Shown: one piece after another, positions 30,017 through 38,963 of the stretch
Layout: each line of letters begins with the position of its first letter
Position numbering within the stretch: the stretch's first letter is position 1
Source: Sphingobacteriales bacterium
Lineage (GTDB): Bacteria; Bacteroidota; Bacteroidia; Chitinophagales; Chitinophagaceae
NCBI GenBank assembly: GCA_004144185.1
Contig: SEFP01000004.1
Span: 198,746 to 262,745, forward strand
Direction: 5' to 3'
DNA length: 64,000 bases
The notes under the pieces: model-generated
The model's input: only the letters and a program-made list of their open reading frames with translations
The model's database searches: none
Told to the model about the DNA's origin: nothing
Program-made: the position numbers and the translations under genes

Positions 30017-32308
30017 TTAAACAGGTATCGATTTAGAAGAAGAAATGCCCAACAAATCCAGCAATACCGGAATGCTTCGGGCCGCACGCACAGGGTCAAT
30101 AGTTTGAGTGGAGGTTCCGGAAGACGCGCGGCGGGTGCCACCGGTCAGTTTTTCACCAAGCTGGCGTCTTTCGGCCGGATAAAACGTGCTGAACGTCCGG
30201 CGGAGCAAGGGTAGGACCTCGGTAAAAATGGCTTCGTCTAGTCCGGAAACCCATCCATTGATAATCTGCCAGAGCGATTCGTCCAGCAGCAACACCGTAC
30301 CGCTTCCGCTCAAAAACCCTTCTATCCAGTCTGCAACGGCTGCCGGCGGGAGCGCGGCGGAGGTGTTTTGGGCAATCAGCAGCTGTAACTCCGGTGCCGG
30401 TAATACGTTCAGATCTTTCAGTTGCCGGATCGCAAAACCGCGCATCAGGGCTGCAATCGAGTCGGTACCGGCTATCTTTTGTAGGCATTCCTGCCATTGG
30501 TGCTGATACGCGGCGTTTTGCAACAGCGTAACGGCTGCCTGAAGTTCACGGCAGTCCTGCACCAGCTTTTGGGTCGCGTCTTTGTCAATCCCGGTAGCTG
30601 CCAGTGGCAGGCCGATGGTGATGCGGGTAAAAATGCTGTCCAATATTCCGGAAACCAGTTCCGCATCGGTTTTGCGCACATTGCCGTAGCGGATCATCCG
30701 CGCCAGTCCGGGTACAATCTGTACCAGTGCGGTTACATCGTGCGAAGCAGCCGCCAGGTTGGCCAGTTGCCGGGACAGGGTGGTGACCGCTTCCGGAAGT
30801 ACGGCCGGTAAGGCTTTCTCGAGCCACCCGGCCAGTTCCGGAAGCGTGGCGTCCGGGCCGGCTTTCGATTGCAGATACGCGGTTGCAGCAGTGGCTATGG
30901 TATTGCCCCAAACGCCTTTTTCAATGACTTCGATGGTCAGTTCGGGTGACCATTGCAGGCTCCAGGCTTCTTTAAACGTGCCTTTTCCGGAGCTGTGTTG
31001 AACGCGTCCCCAGGAAAGGTCCAGCACCTGCAACCGGTGCAGGAACGTACTGCGGTCCAGATCAAACTCTTTACGCAGATCCAGGATGTATTCTTTGGCC
31101 TCGGGTTGTTGCGGCAACCGCAGCGACTTAGCCGTTTTGTCGATGTCGGATTGCAGCGGCGGGCGGGGTACCTGATCCGGTACGGTACCCATCCGGTTGC
31201 TGACGATCAACTCCCGGCCAATAAGTTGCAGCAGGGTCGGATCGCCAAAGCACATCACGGCCAGCGCGGCATCGTTCAGTTCGGTCAGACCGGGCTTCCA
31301 CAAGTTGCGCAAGGCCGCCAGATTGCTGGCCAGCCGGGTGGCTTCAATGACATGGGCAACCGACATATCCATGCCTTTTTTCCGGAACAGTCCTGCTACT
31401 TGGGATAGCCATCGCACGCCCTCATCTTCAGGATACTGCCAGATGTGATGATACCAGCCGGGCGAGGTAATACCTGCGCCATAGCCACTTTCAAAACTGA
31501 GCCGGTCGTAAGTCCACGGAATCCAGGTGGCTTCCACCTTTACTTTAGGAAGTCCTTTGAGGAGCGCTGCATCGTCTTTGGCTTTAAAGGTACCGGAGAA
31601 GGCGGGCAGGTGCCAGGCACCGCAGATGATGGCGATGTTGGTAAACCCTTCGTTCTCGGCCTGCCGCAACGTTTTGCGCATCCAGGCTTCCCGGATGGCT
31701 TCCCGCGGATCTGCTTTGGGCGGTAGCAGCTCCCGGAGGGTTGTCATCGCTTCCGTGACGGCTTCAAAGGCAGGCTCGGTGTGGTACCGGTGTTCAATCT
31801 GGTGTTCCCACCATTTTTCGCCATCGGTCCATCCGGCTGCTGCTGCCAGATGCGAGATCGGATTGCGGGAAATGACTTCAAGCGTCTCTGGCTCAGCCGC
31901 TTCCGGAAGCTGGGATTCCGGAACTACCACTGGAACTGCCGATTCCGGAGCGGGCAGCGTTTCGGGAGTGGGTGCTTCGGAGATTTCTTTTTGGGCCAGG
32001 GTATGGGCAGCCGGCAAATCCATAAACCGGACCGGGAGCTGCCGGGTACGGGCATACCGGATGGCCTGCCATTCCGGAGAAAATTCAGCAAACGGGTAAA
32101 AGCTGGCCTGGGACGGCGCTTCCGGATTGTACAGCAGCAAAGCTACCGGCGGCTTTAGCTCGGCGTTGTCCAGCCAGTGCAACAATCCTTCGGCTTCGGG
32201 TGGCCCTTCGATCAGCAGCAGATCGGGCGGATGCGTTTCGAGAAAGGTTTTTACCGCACGGGCCGAGCCGGGACCATGATGCCGGATGCCTAAAAGATGT
32301 ACCGCCAT
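30017..32308 (-). CDS. Large DUF5682-like protein (YehM-like)
   Basis: 763 aa with N-terminal VHLLGIRHHGPGSARAV. Size and position between the AAA and VWA genes match YehM/DUF5682 from memory. This is not verified by search. Confidence 0.6.
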   Translation of the reverse strand: MAVHLLGIRHHGPGSARAVKTFLETHPPDLLLIEGPPEAEGLLHWLDNAELKPPVALLLYNPEAPSQASFYPFAEFSPEWQAIRYARTRQLPVRFMDLPAAHTLAQKEISEAPTPETLPAPESAVPVVVPESQLPEAAEPETLEVISRNPISHLAAAAGWTDGEKWWEHQIEHRYHTEPAFEAVTEAMTTLRELLPPKADPREAIREAWMRKTLRQAENEGFTNIAIICGAWHLPAFSGTFKAKDDAALLKGLPKVKVEATWIPWTYDRLSFESGYGAGITSPGWYHHIWQYPEDEGVRWLSQVAGLFRKKGMDMSVAHVIEATRLASNLAALRNLWKPGLTELNDAALAVMCFGDPTLLQLIGRELIVSNRMGTVPDQVPRPPLQSDIDKTAKSLRLPQQPEAKEYILDLRKEFDLDRSTFLHRLQVLDLSWGRVQHSSGKGTFKEAWSLQWSPELTIEVIEKGVWGNTIATAATAYLQSKAGPDATLPELAGWLEKALPAVLPEAVTTLSRQLANLAAASHDVTALVQIVPGLARMIRYGNVRKTDAELVSGILDSIFTRITIGLPLAATGIDKDATQKLVQDCRELQAAVTLLQNAAYQHQWQECLQKIAGTDSIAALMRGFAIRQLKDLNVLPAPELQLLIAQNTSAALPPAAVADWIEGFLSGSGTVLLLDESLWQIINGWVSGLDEAIFTEVLPLLRRTFSTFYPAERRQLGEKLTGGTRRASSGTSTQTIDPVRAARSIPVLLDLLGISSSKSIPV

Positions 32309-33393
32309 TAGTCCAGATCTTTACAGGCCCGGTAGATGTCTTTCCACTCGTCGCGGGGTTTTACGACCGTTTCCAGGTATTCTTTCCACACGATTTTATC
32401 CTGTACCGGATCTTTTACGACAGCACCTAAAATACTGGACGCCAGATCGGTCGCCTTCATCTGACCGTCGCCAAAATACGCTGCCATGGAAAGGCTGTTG
32501 TTCATAACCGAAATGGCTTCGGCAGTGCTCAGGCTGCCACTGGGCGATTTCAGTTTGGCTTTGCCATCAAGAGTCGCGCCGCTTCGCAGTTCGCGGAAGA
32601 TGGTGACTACGCGGCGGATTTCTTCCGCAGCCGGTGGTTCGGCAGGAAGCTCCATTGTTTTGCTGTAAGAGGCTACTCGTTGCCGTACAATGTCCATTTC
32701 TTCTTCCAGCGTATCCGGAACCGGCAGAATCACCGTGTTGAAACGGCGTTTCAAAGCGGCACTAAGGTCATTCACACCTTTATCTCGGTTGTTGGCGGTC
32801 GCAATCAGGTTGAACCCTCGAACGGCCTGCACTTCGGTATTCAGTTCCGGAATGGGCAGCGATTTCTCGGACAGAATGGTAATGAGGGTATCCTGCACAT
32901 CGGCACCCATCCGGGTCAGCTCTTCAATCCGTGCAATCTTACCGGTTTGCATCGCCCGCATCATCGGCGACGCTACCAGAGCATTCTCCGACGGACCTTC
33001 CGCCAGCAGCCGGGCATAGTTCCAGCCGTAGCGGATCGCTTCTTCGCTGGTACCGGCGGTGCCCTGGATCAGCAGGGTACTATCACCGGAGATCGCTGCG
33101 GAAAGGTGTTCGCTGACCCAGCTTTTGGCCGTACCGGGCAGTCCATATAGCAATAAAGCACGGTCGGTCGTGAGCGTGGCTACCGCAATTTCCATCAGCC
33201 GGCGGTTGCCGATGTATTTGGGTGTGATGGTAAACCCGTTGGAAAGCGCGCCGCCGATCAGATAGGTCACTACAGACTGAGGCGTCATATGCCAGCCTTC
33301 CGGACGGCGTCCGGAATCCGCTTTGCGGAGTTCTTCCAGTTCGGTTGCAAATAGATTTTCTGCGTGGTGGCGCAGTACAGGCGTTGAAGTCAT
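32308..33393 (-). CDS. MoxR/AAA_5-type AAA+ ATPase (YehL-like)
   Basis: Walker A LYGLPGTAKS, Walker B-like KIARIEELTR, sensor-1 LIATANNR and Arg-finger region ALKRRF. Confidence 0.85.
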   Translation of the reverse strand: MTSTPVLRHHAENLFATELEELRKADSGRRPEGWHMTPQSVVTYLIGGALSNGFTITPKYIGNRRLMEIAVATLTTDRALLLYGLPGTAKSWVSEHLSAAISGDSTLLIQGTAGTSEEAIRYGWNYARLLAEGPSENALVASPMMRAMQTGKIARIEELTRMGADVQDTLITILSEKSLPIPELNTEVQAVRGFNLIATANNRDKGVNDLSAALKRRFNTVILPVPDTLEEEMDIVRQRVASYSKTMELPAEPPAAEEIRRVVTIFRELRSGATLDGKAKLKSPSGSLSTAEAISVMNNSLSMAAYFGDGQMKATDLASSILGAVVKDPVQDKIVWKEYLETVVKPRDEWKDIYRACKDLD

Positions 33394-34907
33394 GATGGAA
33401 GGAAAGCGTTTTGGGATGCCGGAAAGGCGTGGAGGATGTTTTCTTTGAGCCGGATGAGGGACGTGATCTCTGCAAGGCGTTTTTCCCAGCTTTCACGCAT
33501 ATAGTCACTCATATAGGAGGTGTCGTTGGGCTGTGTCTCGGGTTGCAGCTTTTGCGGATATTTCAATGCGGTAAGCGGCAGCAGGTGCGCATGGCTGTTG
33601 AAAAAGGCTGCGGGATAGTGGTAGGGATGACTGGCTGCATACCGGAGCAGCGGGATATTTAAAGCCTCCGGCCACTCCTGTTGCTGATTGGTGTAATACC
33701 GGAGCAGTGATTCGGGCTGACTGATGGCCATGCGGAGCAAGTAGTTCTGGCGTTCGTCGGCAGGTAACAGCGGTAGGAGCGATTCATGAAATTGTCGGGT
33801 ATCGTTGACCAGCAACCGGGCCCAGGTGGCCTCTTTGAACCGGATGGCCGCTGAGAGTAACGCATTTTTATAAGCGTTTCCTTTGGGAGAAACGGCTTCG
33901 AAAAGTGGTATAATGCTGTCCGGGGAAAGACCCAGCCAGGATTCCCAGAAAGCGGGTGGCGTGTACGTCAGTAAGCGTTGAAACCGGGCATCCGGGGTTT
34001 CCTTTTCGTCCTGAATGGCTTCCAGTCCGGCAAAAACGGTTTCCGGAAGGCGTAGGTCCAGCGTATGCTGGGTTTTAAGTCCCAGAAATTTCTTCTCGGT
34101 TTTCAGGGTTACCAGTTGCCGCATCTGTTCCTGAGCAGTTTGCACCAAACTGCTTTCCGGGAGCTGGAGCAGCAAATTCGTTGCCAGCGCCTGTACTTTC
34201 TTGCTTCGGTCGGTAGCGATGGATTCCAGAAACGGCCCATCCTGAGCGGTCAAATGCGGCTCCAGCGTAGCCAGAAGTGTTTCTTTGACGTCGGCTTTCT
34301 CTTGTTTCCAGACGGCTTCCAGCTCGGTTATCGCACGTGCAGGATCAGTTGTACGCAGCTCCAGCAAAGCCGCTGCACGTTCAGGCGTTTTGCCGGTGCT
34401 CCAGTGGTCTTCCCAGGATTCGCCGGACTCAAAGCGCCAGTCGGGATTGAGGCTGCACAACCAGGCACCTCTGTTTCCGGAAACAGCGCTAACTGCCGAC
34501 CGGAGTGCAGGCTGTTGAGCCGTCAGTTGAAGCAACGGAACCAGCCGTTCTGGAAATACAATACAGTTGCTTTCCCGGCATTGCTGCAACCAGAGTTGAA
34601 GCAGTCCCAAAGAGTTTGACTGTAAGGTGTCCCCTAATATGGCGTCGGCGGCTGTGCTGCAATACGGCTTGGTTTCAGCGGGTGCCGTAGTATCGGCAGG
34701 CTGGGCCGTCGCAGGCACATTCCCGCACCGCCGGTACAGATACAGCGAGGCGGCTGTTTGCAGAAACCGGCTTTCCAGGTCTTCGGTGTTTGGTTGCAAT
34801 CCTTCCGGAAACCCGTCGGGCAGGGCGATGGCCTGAAGCCGTTCCGCTGCGCCCGCTTTTTCGGTTCCGATCAAAGCTACGTCGGTGAGTTGAGTCCAGG
34901 CGTCCAT
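33390..34907 (-). CDS. DUF5691-like helical protein
   Basis: 505 aa, apparently helical-repeat-like. Its placement between the SWIM and AAA genes matches the SWIM/DUF5691/AAA/DUF5682/VWA order I recall from other phyla. This is unverified. Confidence 0.5.
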   Translation of the reverse strand: MDAWTQLTDVALIGTEKAGAAERLQAIALPDGFPEGLQPNTEDLESRFLQTAASLYLYRRCGNVPATAQPADTTAPAETKPYCSTAADAILGDTLQSNSLGLLQLWLQQCRESNCIVFPERLVPLLQLTAQQPALRSAVSAVSGNRGAWLCSLNPDWRFESGESWEDHWSTGKTPERAAALLELRTTDPARAITELEAVWKQEKADVKETLLATLEPHLTAQDGPFLESIATDRSKKVQALATNLLLQLPESSLVQTAQEQMRQLVTLKTEKKFLGLKTQHTLDLRLPETVFAGLEAIQDEKETPDARFQRLLTYTPPAFWESWLGLSPDSIIPLFEAVSPKGNAYKNALLSAAIRFKEATWARLLVNDTRQFHESLLPLLPADERQNYLLRMAISQPESLLRYYTNQQQEWPEALNIPLLRYAASHPYHYPAAFFNSHAHLLPLTALKYPQKLQPETQPNDTSYMSDYMRESWEKRLAEITSLIRLKENILHAFPASQNAFLPS

Positions 34908-36220
34908 CAGAGGAGTGGGGTATAGGTGGTGTTTTGCCAGACGCCCAGCGGCTGATAGTGATTTTCGGCACCCAGCACGGCGGTTTGCAGGTACTGGCCC
35001 CCGCTAACAGCCAGCCAGCTCCAAAGAACCATTTCCGGAACGGAGGGATCCAGGTACATCTGACGTCCGTGTTCGTCTTCCATCCGCCAGGACGCTTCCG
35101 GGGTTCGAACCGGTTTTAAAGCCGCCACTACATACGGCATTCCGTCCAGTAAGGGTGCTGCTGCCAGTACCTGCGATTCCAGATCGGCAACCGCATCCCA
35201 GCCACGGAGTACCGGAACGGATGGGGGCGTGGTTTGTCGCTGGGTGGGCGTTAGCTGTACCCGCAACGGAACCGCAGCCTTGTAATAGCGTACCTCGCCC
35301 CGGAAGCACTCGCCCGCCAATAGATGCAGTGATGTAGCCGCGCCGGGCGCCAGGAATTGCAGAAACAGACCCTTTTGGCCGTCCGCATTGATCAGCCAGT
35401 ATTTTTCCACGGTCAGCGCTCCCTCCCGGCTTTGAGCTTTGCTCAGCACCAGCCAGTCGGTTTCCGGAAGGGGTTCGTTCAGGCTGTCGGCGCTTTGTGG
35501 AAACCCCATAAAGCCCCGTAGTTCCTGCATCAGTTGGGGGCGGGCGTCGCCCAGATTGCGGTAGCCTGAGATCGCAAGATACAGGCGTGCAAAAGCATCA
35601 AGGACCTGTGTTTGCCAGCCCTCGGCATAAAAGTTTGTTTCGCCGATGCCAGCCACGATGCGGGCCAGTCCCGGTAGCTGGGCATCGATCAACCGGCGGC
35701 TTATGTCTTCGAAAAAACGGCTCCCTTTTTCCGGAAACTGCACCAGTCCGCTGCGCACACTGTCTTTCATCCACAGCAGCAACTCGTCCAGACCGGAAGC
35801 GGCTTTGGATTCACGTGCGGCCTGGCGTTTCTGCTGGGCTTTCTCGTCGGGCGCAGCCTTGGTGCGTTCAGCGGGTTCGGCGGTGGTCTTTTGCGCGCGT
35901 TTGTCCAGCCATTCGGCTACCCAGGCAGGTTCCGGAACAGACGAAAATTTAGATGCGTCTTTGGCCTGAAGCAACAGCAGACCCAGCCCATGTTTGCACG
36001 GAAACTTACGGGACGGACAGCTGCATTTAGAAGTGAGCGTAGCGATTTCTACGACCGTCTGGTAGGGTTTGGAACCACTGCCCTGGCAATCGCCCCACAG
36101 GCTTCGGTCGCTGCTGCCGGTTTGCTGCCATTTGGAGCTGTTGGCTAGCGCCTGTCCTGCTTTCTTGGACGCCTCATCGGGTGCGAGCGAAAGAATCTGA
36201 TCTGTTGAAAGAGAAGGCAA
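34907..36220 (-). CDS. SWIM zinc-finger protein (YehQ-like)
   Basis: CSCPSRKFPCKHGLGLLL fits CxCxnCxH. There is no in-frame ATG near the 5' end, so the start is a TTG at 36220. Confidence 0.8.
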   Translation of the reverse strand: MPSLSTDQILSLAPDEASKKAGQALANSSKWQQTGSSDRSLWGDCQGSGSKPYQTVVEIATLTSKCSCPSRKFPCKHGLGLLLLQAKDASKFSSVPEPAWVAEWLDKRAQKTTAEPAERTKAAPDEKAQQKRQAARESKAASGLDELLLWMKDSVRSGLVQFPEKGSRFFEDISRRLIDAQLPGLARIVAGIGETNFYAEGWQTQVLDAFARLYLAISGYRNLGDARPQLMQELRGFMGFPQSADSLNEPLPETDWLVLSKAQSREGALTVEKYWLINADGQKGLFLQFLAPGAATSLHLLAGECFRGEVRYYKAAVPLRVQLTPTQRQTTPPSVPVLRGWDAVADLESQVLAAAPLLDGMPYVVAALKPVRTPEASWRMEDEHGRQMYLDPSVPEMVLWSWLAVSGGQYLQTAVLGAENHYQPLGVWQNTTYTPLL

Positions 36221-36458
36221 ACCGGAGCGCTTTTGGGAGAATTAAAGGTCGGGTGTGCCGTTGAAAATGCGAAAGGACGTTTGAAGAAATCTGGCTGTAA
36301 ACCAAAAATTTCCGGAATGATTTTTGAACAGGAGCGGGGCTCTAAAAATATACCTGTTTTTATTTGCATATGGACAGCGGTCTGGCACAGGATCGGTCGG
36401 TTTTGGCAGCTTCAAAGACGCTGTATTCGGGTTGAATGGTTTCCGGATACGGTTCAAA

Positions 36459-37127
36459 TTACCAATGTTCAAAGTTGGTGTCTTTCAAATGATTGGTGTA
36501 ATCATCAATCGCTTCTTTAAGGACTTTCTTTTGCAGGAGAACTGATTTCAGATCAATTGCATTGTGTTCCCGTGCTTCCAGCAGGGATTGTAGCTCTCGT
36601 TTTTGAGGTGCCGTTGCCGGGCAATTTCCATAATCGGCGGCCTCCTGTGCCCGACGCTGAAGGACGTCTTCCAAGTCTCTGTTGGGATTAACCTGAGCCG
36701 TTGTGCGTTCCAACGAGTATCTATATCGTTCAGTAGGTGGAATTTGTTGACCGAATTGAAGAAAAGGAGCTTGCCGGATGTATTGTGTATGACCTGTAGC
36801 GTTAAAACACAGGTCGCTCCGGTGTGTAGAAATAACCCATTCGCGCGCTCCTGTTCGCTCGATTGAATCGATTTCAAATGCATCATTCAATTCAAGATCG
36901 AGGTCGAAGCTGAAATTGGTTACCTGCTCAAAAACCAGTGTGGCCGGCGAAACCCAAAACGTAAACGAAAGACCGTCAGCATCGGGTTGATTCCACTGAA
37001 AAATATAGTCAATATCCAGTTCCAGCTCGTGCCCGGTAAACCGAAGTGTATAGATGATGTTATCGTGTCAGCCCATGCGCTCAAAATCGTCTGGGGTCCA
37101 GATACGTTTCTTGGGTTGACAATCCAT
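36459..37127 (-). pseudogene. Hypothetical gene interrupted by an in-frame TGA (codon 20)
   Basis: Manual translation from the ATG at 37127 gives MDCQPKKRIWTPDDFERMG-TGA(37068-37070)-HDNIIYTLRFTGHELELDIDYIFQWNQPDADGLSFTFWVSPATLVFEQV... This continues in frame into the track ORF 36459-36890. Confidence 0.45.
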
Positions 37128-37208
37128 TTCTAAATCGTTTGTAGCTACCAGATAAAGGGTTCCCGTTAATAGTGATTCCGGAACATATGCAGCAGGTAAA
37201 GTGTCGAA

Positions 37209-38390
37209 TTATTGGATTCGGATAACTTTTTGAACGAACCTACGATCGTCCTGAAACAGCACCACCTGATACCATCCGGCCGGCCAGGTCCGGGTATCCA
37301 GTTGAACGGCTGTCTGGGATAAAAAGGTGCGGTCGACCTGCGTTCGGCCCATTGCGTCTGTGATCAGCACCCGTACCGGATGGCCACTATCGGCAGGACC
37401 CTGTAGGGTGAGGGTTGTGGTAAACGGATTCGGACGCGCGGGATTCCATCCGGAAGGGGTTAATTCCTGTACTGCGGCCGGCGCGGCCAGCGAGAAGGTA
37501 AGCAAGGTGCCCAGCGTCAGTTGCGTCGTTTTGCGCAGGTAGGGCAGATTCAGGCTGCCTGCTGTGTCGTTTGGGCTGTGTTGATGCGGGGACCGGTCAT
37601 TGTCGTAATCTTCTACAATCCCGATGGCCGTGTATTGATTATCCCAGAACGACGCGACATCCGTAGCGCCATACCCCTGAAGAATCGGTTGCAGTTGAAG
37701 CCCGATTGAATAATTGGTATTGACATCCAGTGCCACGCCTGCCCAACGGTTGGACTGTCCGATGGTACGGGTATGCACCTGGGCAATGCCGTCGTTATTG
37801 CCGTCCCAGCCGATCATATCCAGATTAAGGTATCCCAGAAACGTGTTTCCGGAAGGCATCAGTCGCTGCCGTACATAGGCTGCACTCCCGATCGAGCCGG
37901 TTTCTTCTTCGTCCCAGAGCGCGAACATCACCGTTGGCCGCATCGGCAGTTGCTGACAGATACGCGCGCATTCCAGCACGGCGGCCACGCCGCTTCCATT
38001 GTCATCGGCGCCCGGACTGAACACACTTCCGACGGCATCGTAATGAGCGCCCACGATCACCAATTCGTTGGGATGGCTGCCTTCAATCATGCCAAACAGG
38101 TTTTTTCCGGTGCTGCTGAAGACCTGAGAATCGATGACCAGTCCGGATTGAAGCAGTCGCTGTTTCAGGTATTGAAAGGCCTTTTCGTTGCCGGGCTGAT
38201 CAAACTGGCGGGAGCGAATGGTGTCAGTTTGTCCGTTGATCTGCACAGGTTGCTGACCGGAGAGTTGGACCAGCGTTTTGAGAAGCGAATCCGTTGATAT
38301 CTGAGCAATCGCTGCCGTAATTTCCGGACGGGGCTGTGCCTGGATAAAAAGCGGGACCCAAACCAGCAAAAGCATGTACAACAGTTTCAC
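37209..38390 (-). CDS. M28-family metallopeptidase with T9SS C-terminal domain
   Basis: VGAHYDAV, GADDNGSG and ALWDEEETG zinc-ligand motifs, plus a signal peptide. The C-terminus reads NPARPNPFTTTLTLQ...WYQVVLF. The start is a GTG at 38390. Confidence 0.8.
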   Translation of the reverse strand: MKLLYMLLLVWVPLFIQAQPRPEITAAIAQISTDSLLKTLVQLSGQQPVQINGQTDTIRSRQFDQPGNEKAFQYLKQRLLQSGLVIDSQVFSSTGKNLFGMIEGSHPNELVIVGAHYDAVGSVFSPGADDNGSGVAAVLECARICQQLPMRPTVMFALWDEEETGSIGSAAYVRQRLMPSGNTFLGYLNLDMIGWDGNNDGIAQVHTRTIGQSNRWAGVALDVNTNYSIGLQLQPILQGYGATDVASFWDNQYTAIGIVEDYDNDRSPHQHSPNDTAGSLNLPYLRKTTQLTLGTLLTFSLAAPAAVQELTPSGWNPARPNPFTTTLTLQGPADSGHPVRVLITDAMGRTQVDRTFLSQTAVQLDTRTWPAGWYQVVLFQDDRRFVQKVIRIQ

Positions 38391-38837
38391 GGAAAAAGTT
38401 CTTAAGGGTATAAACTACATTTGAAACCGCATTCCGGAATGAGATTCTGTGTCTGTAACTAAAGGTAGCTGGTAAGCAGCAGTCTTCGCTTTCGAATGTT
38501 AGGTACAATCAAATAGAGCTTACCATGCCGTTCAATGGATAACATTGCCAGTCGAATTTCGGAGCCGGCTGGGGCGAAAACAACTTGTCAATCCTGGTTC
38601 TACTGAATTCGTGCATATAGGGTAGTCGATCTTCGAAACACGATACCAACATCACAGAAAAATGCGTCTCTATACAAACGCGGTCTGTGAGTTTTAGGTA
38701 GAGCTTCACGTAGAAGTAAAATTTAAAGGATAAAAGCTCTGTACACAAGGATTTGAAGCTTTAATGGTTACTTGGGAACCAAATGTTTATGTTTTCGGGG
38801 ACTTGAGACAATCGACCCGGAGAAAGATACAAAACGG

Positions 38838-38893
38838 GTTCATCCACTTTTCAAACCCGTTCATCAACTTTTGAGCCCCGTTCATCCACTTTT
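38838..38893. repeat. Three direct repeats GTTCATC(C/A)ACTTTT with exact 21-bp phasing
   Basis: Copies start at 38838, 38859 and 38880. They lie in the 637-bp AT-rich divergent intergenic region between the M28 gene and the giant T9SS gene. Confidence 0.85.
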
Positions 38894-38939
38894 TGAAAAA
38901 AGTGTGTCTTGAAGGTTGATCTTTATTAAAGTTTACTTT

Positions 38940-38963
38940 GCCATGAATCATGCCATGAATCAT
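38940..38963. repeat. Perfect tandem duplication of GCCATGAATCAT
   Basis: Read directly. Each unit contains the near-palindrome ATGAATCAT. The repeat ends 64 nt upstream of the ATG at 39028. Confidence 0.85.

Noticed and set aside
37068-37070. The in-frame TGA as a selenocysteine or programmed recoding site.
   Set aside because: I see no convincing SECIS-like hairpin in the 40 nt downstream. The local context ERMG-x-HD fits a simple TGG (Trp) to TGA change. TGA is used as a normal stop elsewhere in the window, for example at 7334-7336.
38838-38963. A possible miniature CRISPR array.
   Set aside because: There are only three 14-nt repeat cores, separated by 7-nt gaps rather than spacers of phage-like length. 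No cas genes are present in the window. I found no CRISPR array anywhere in the window.
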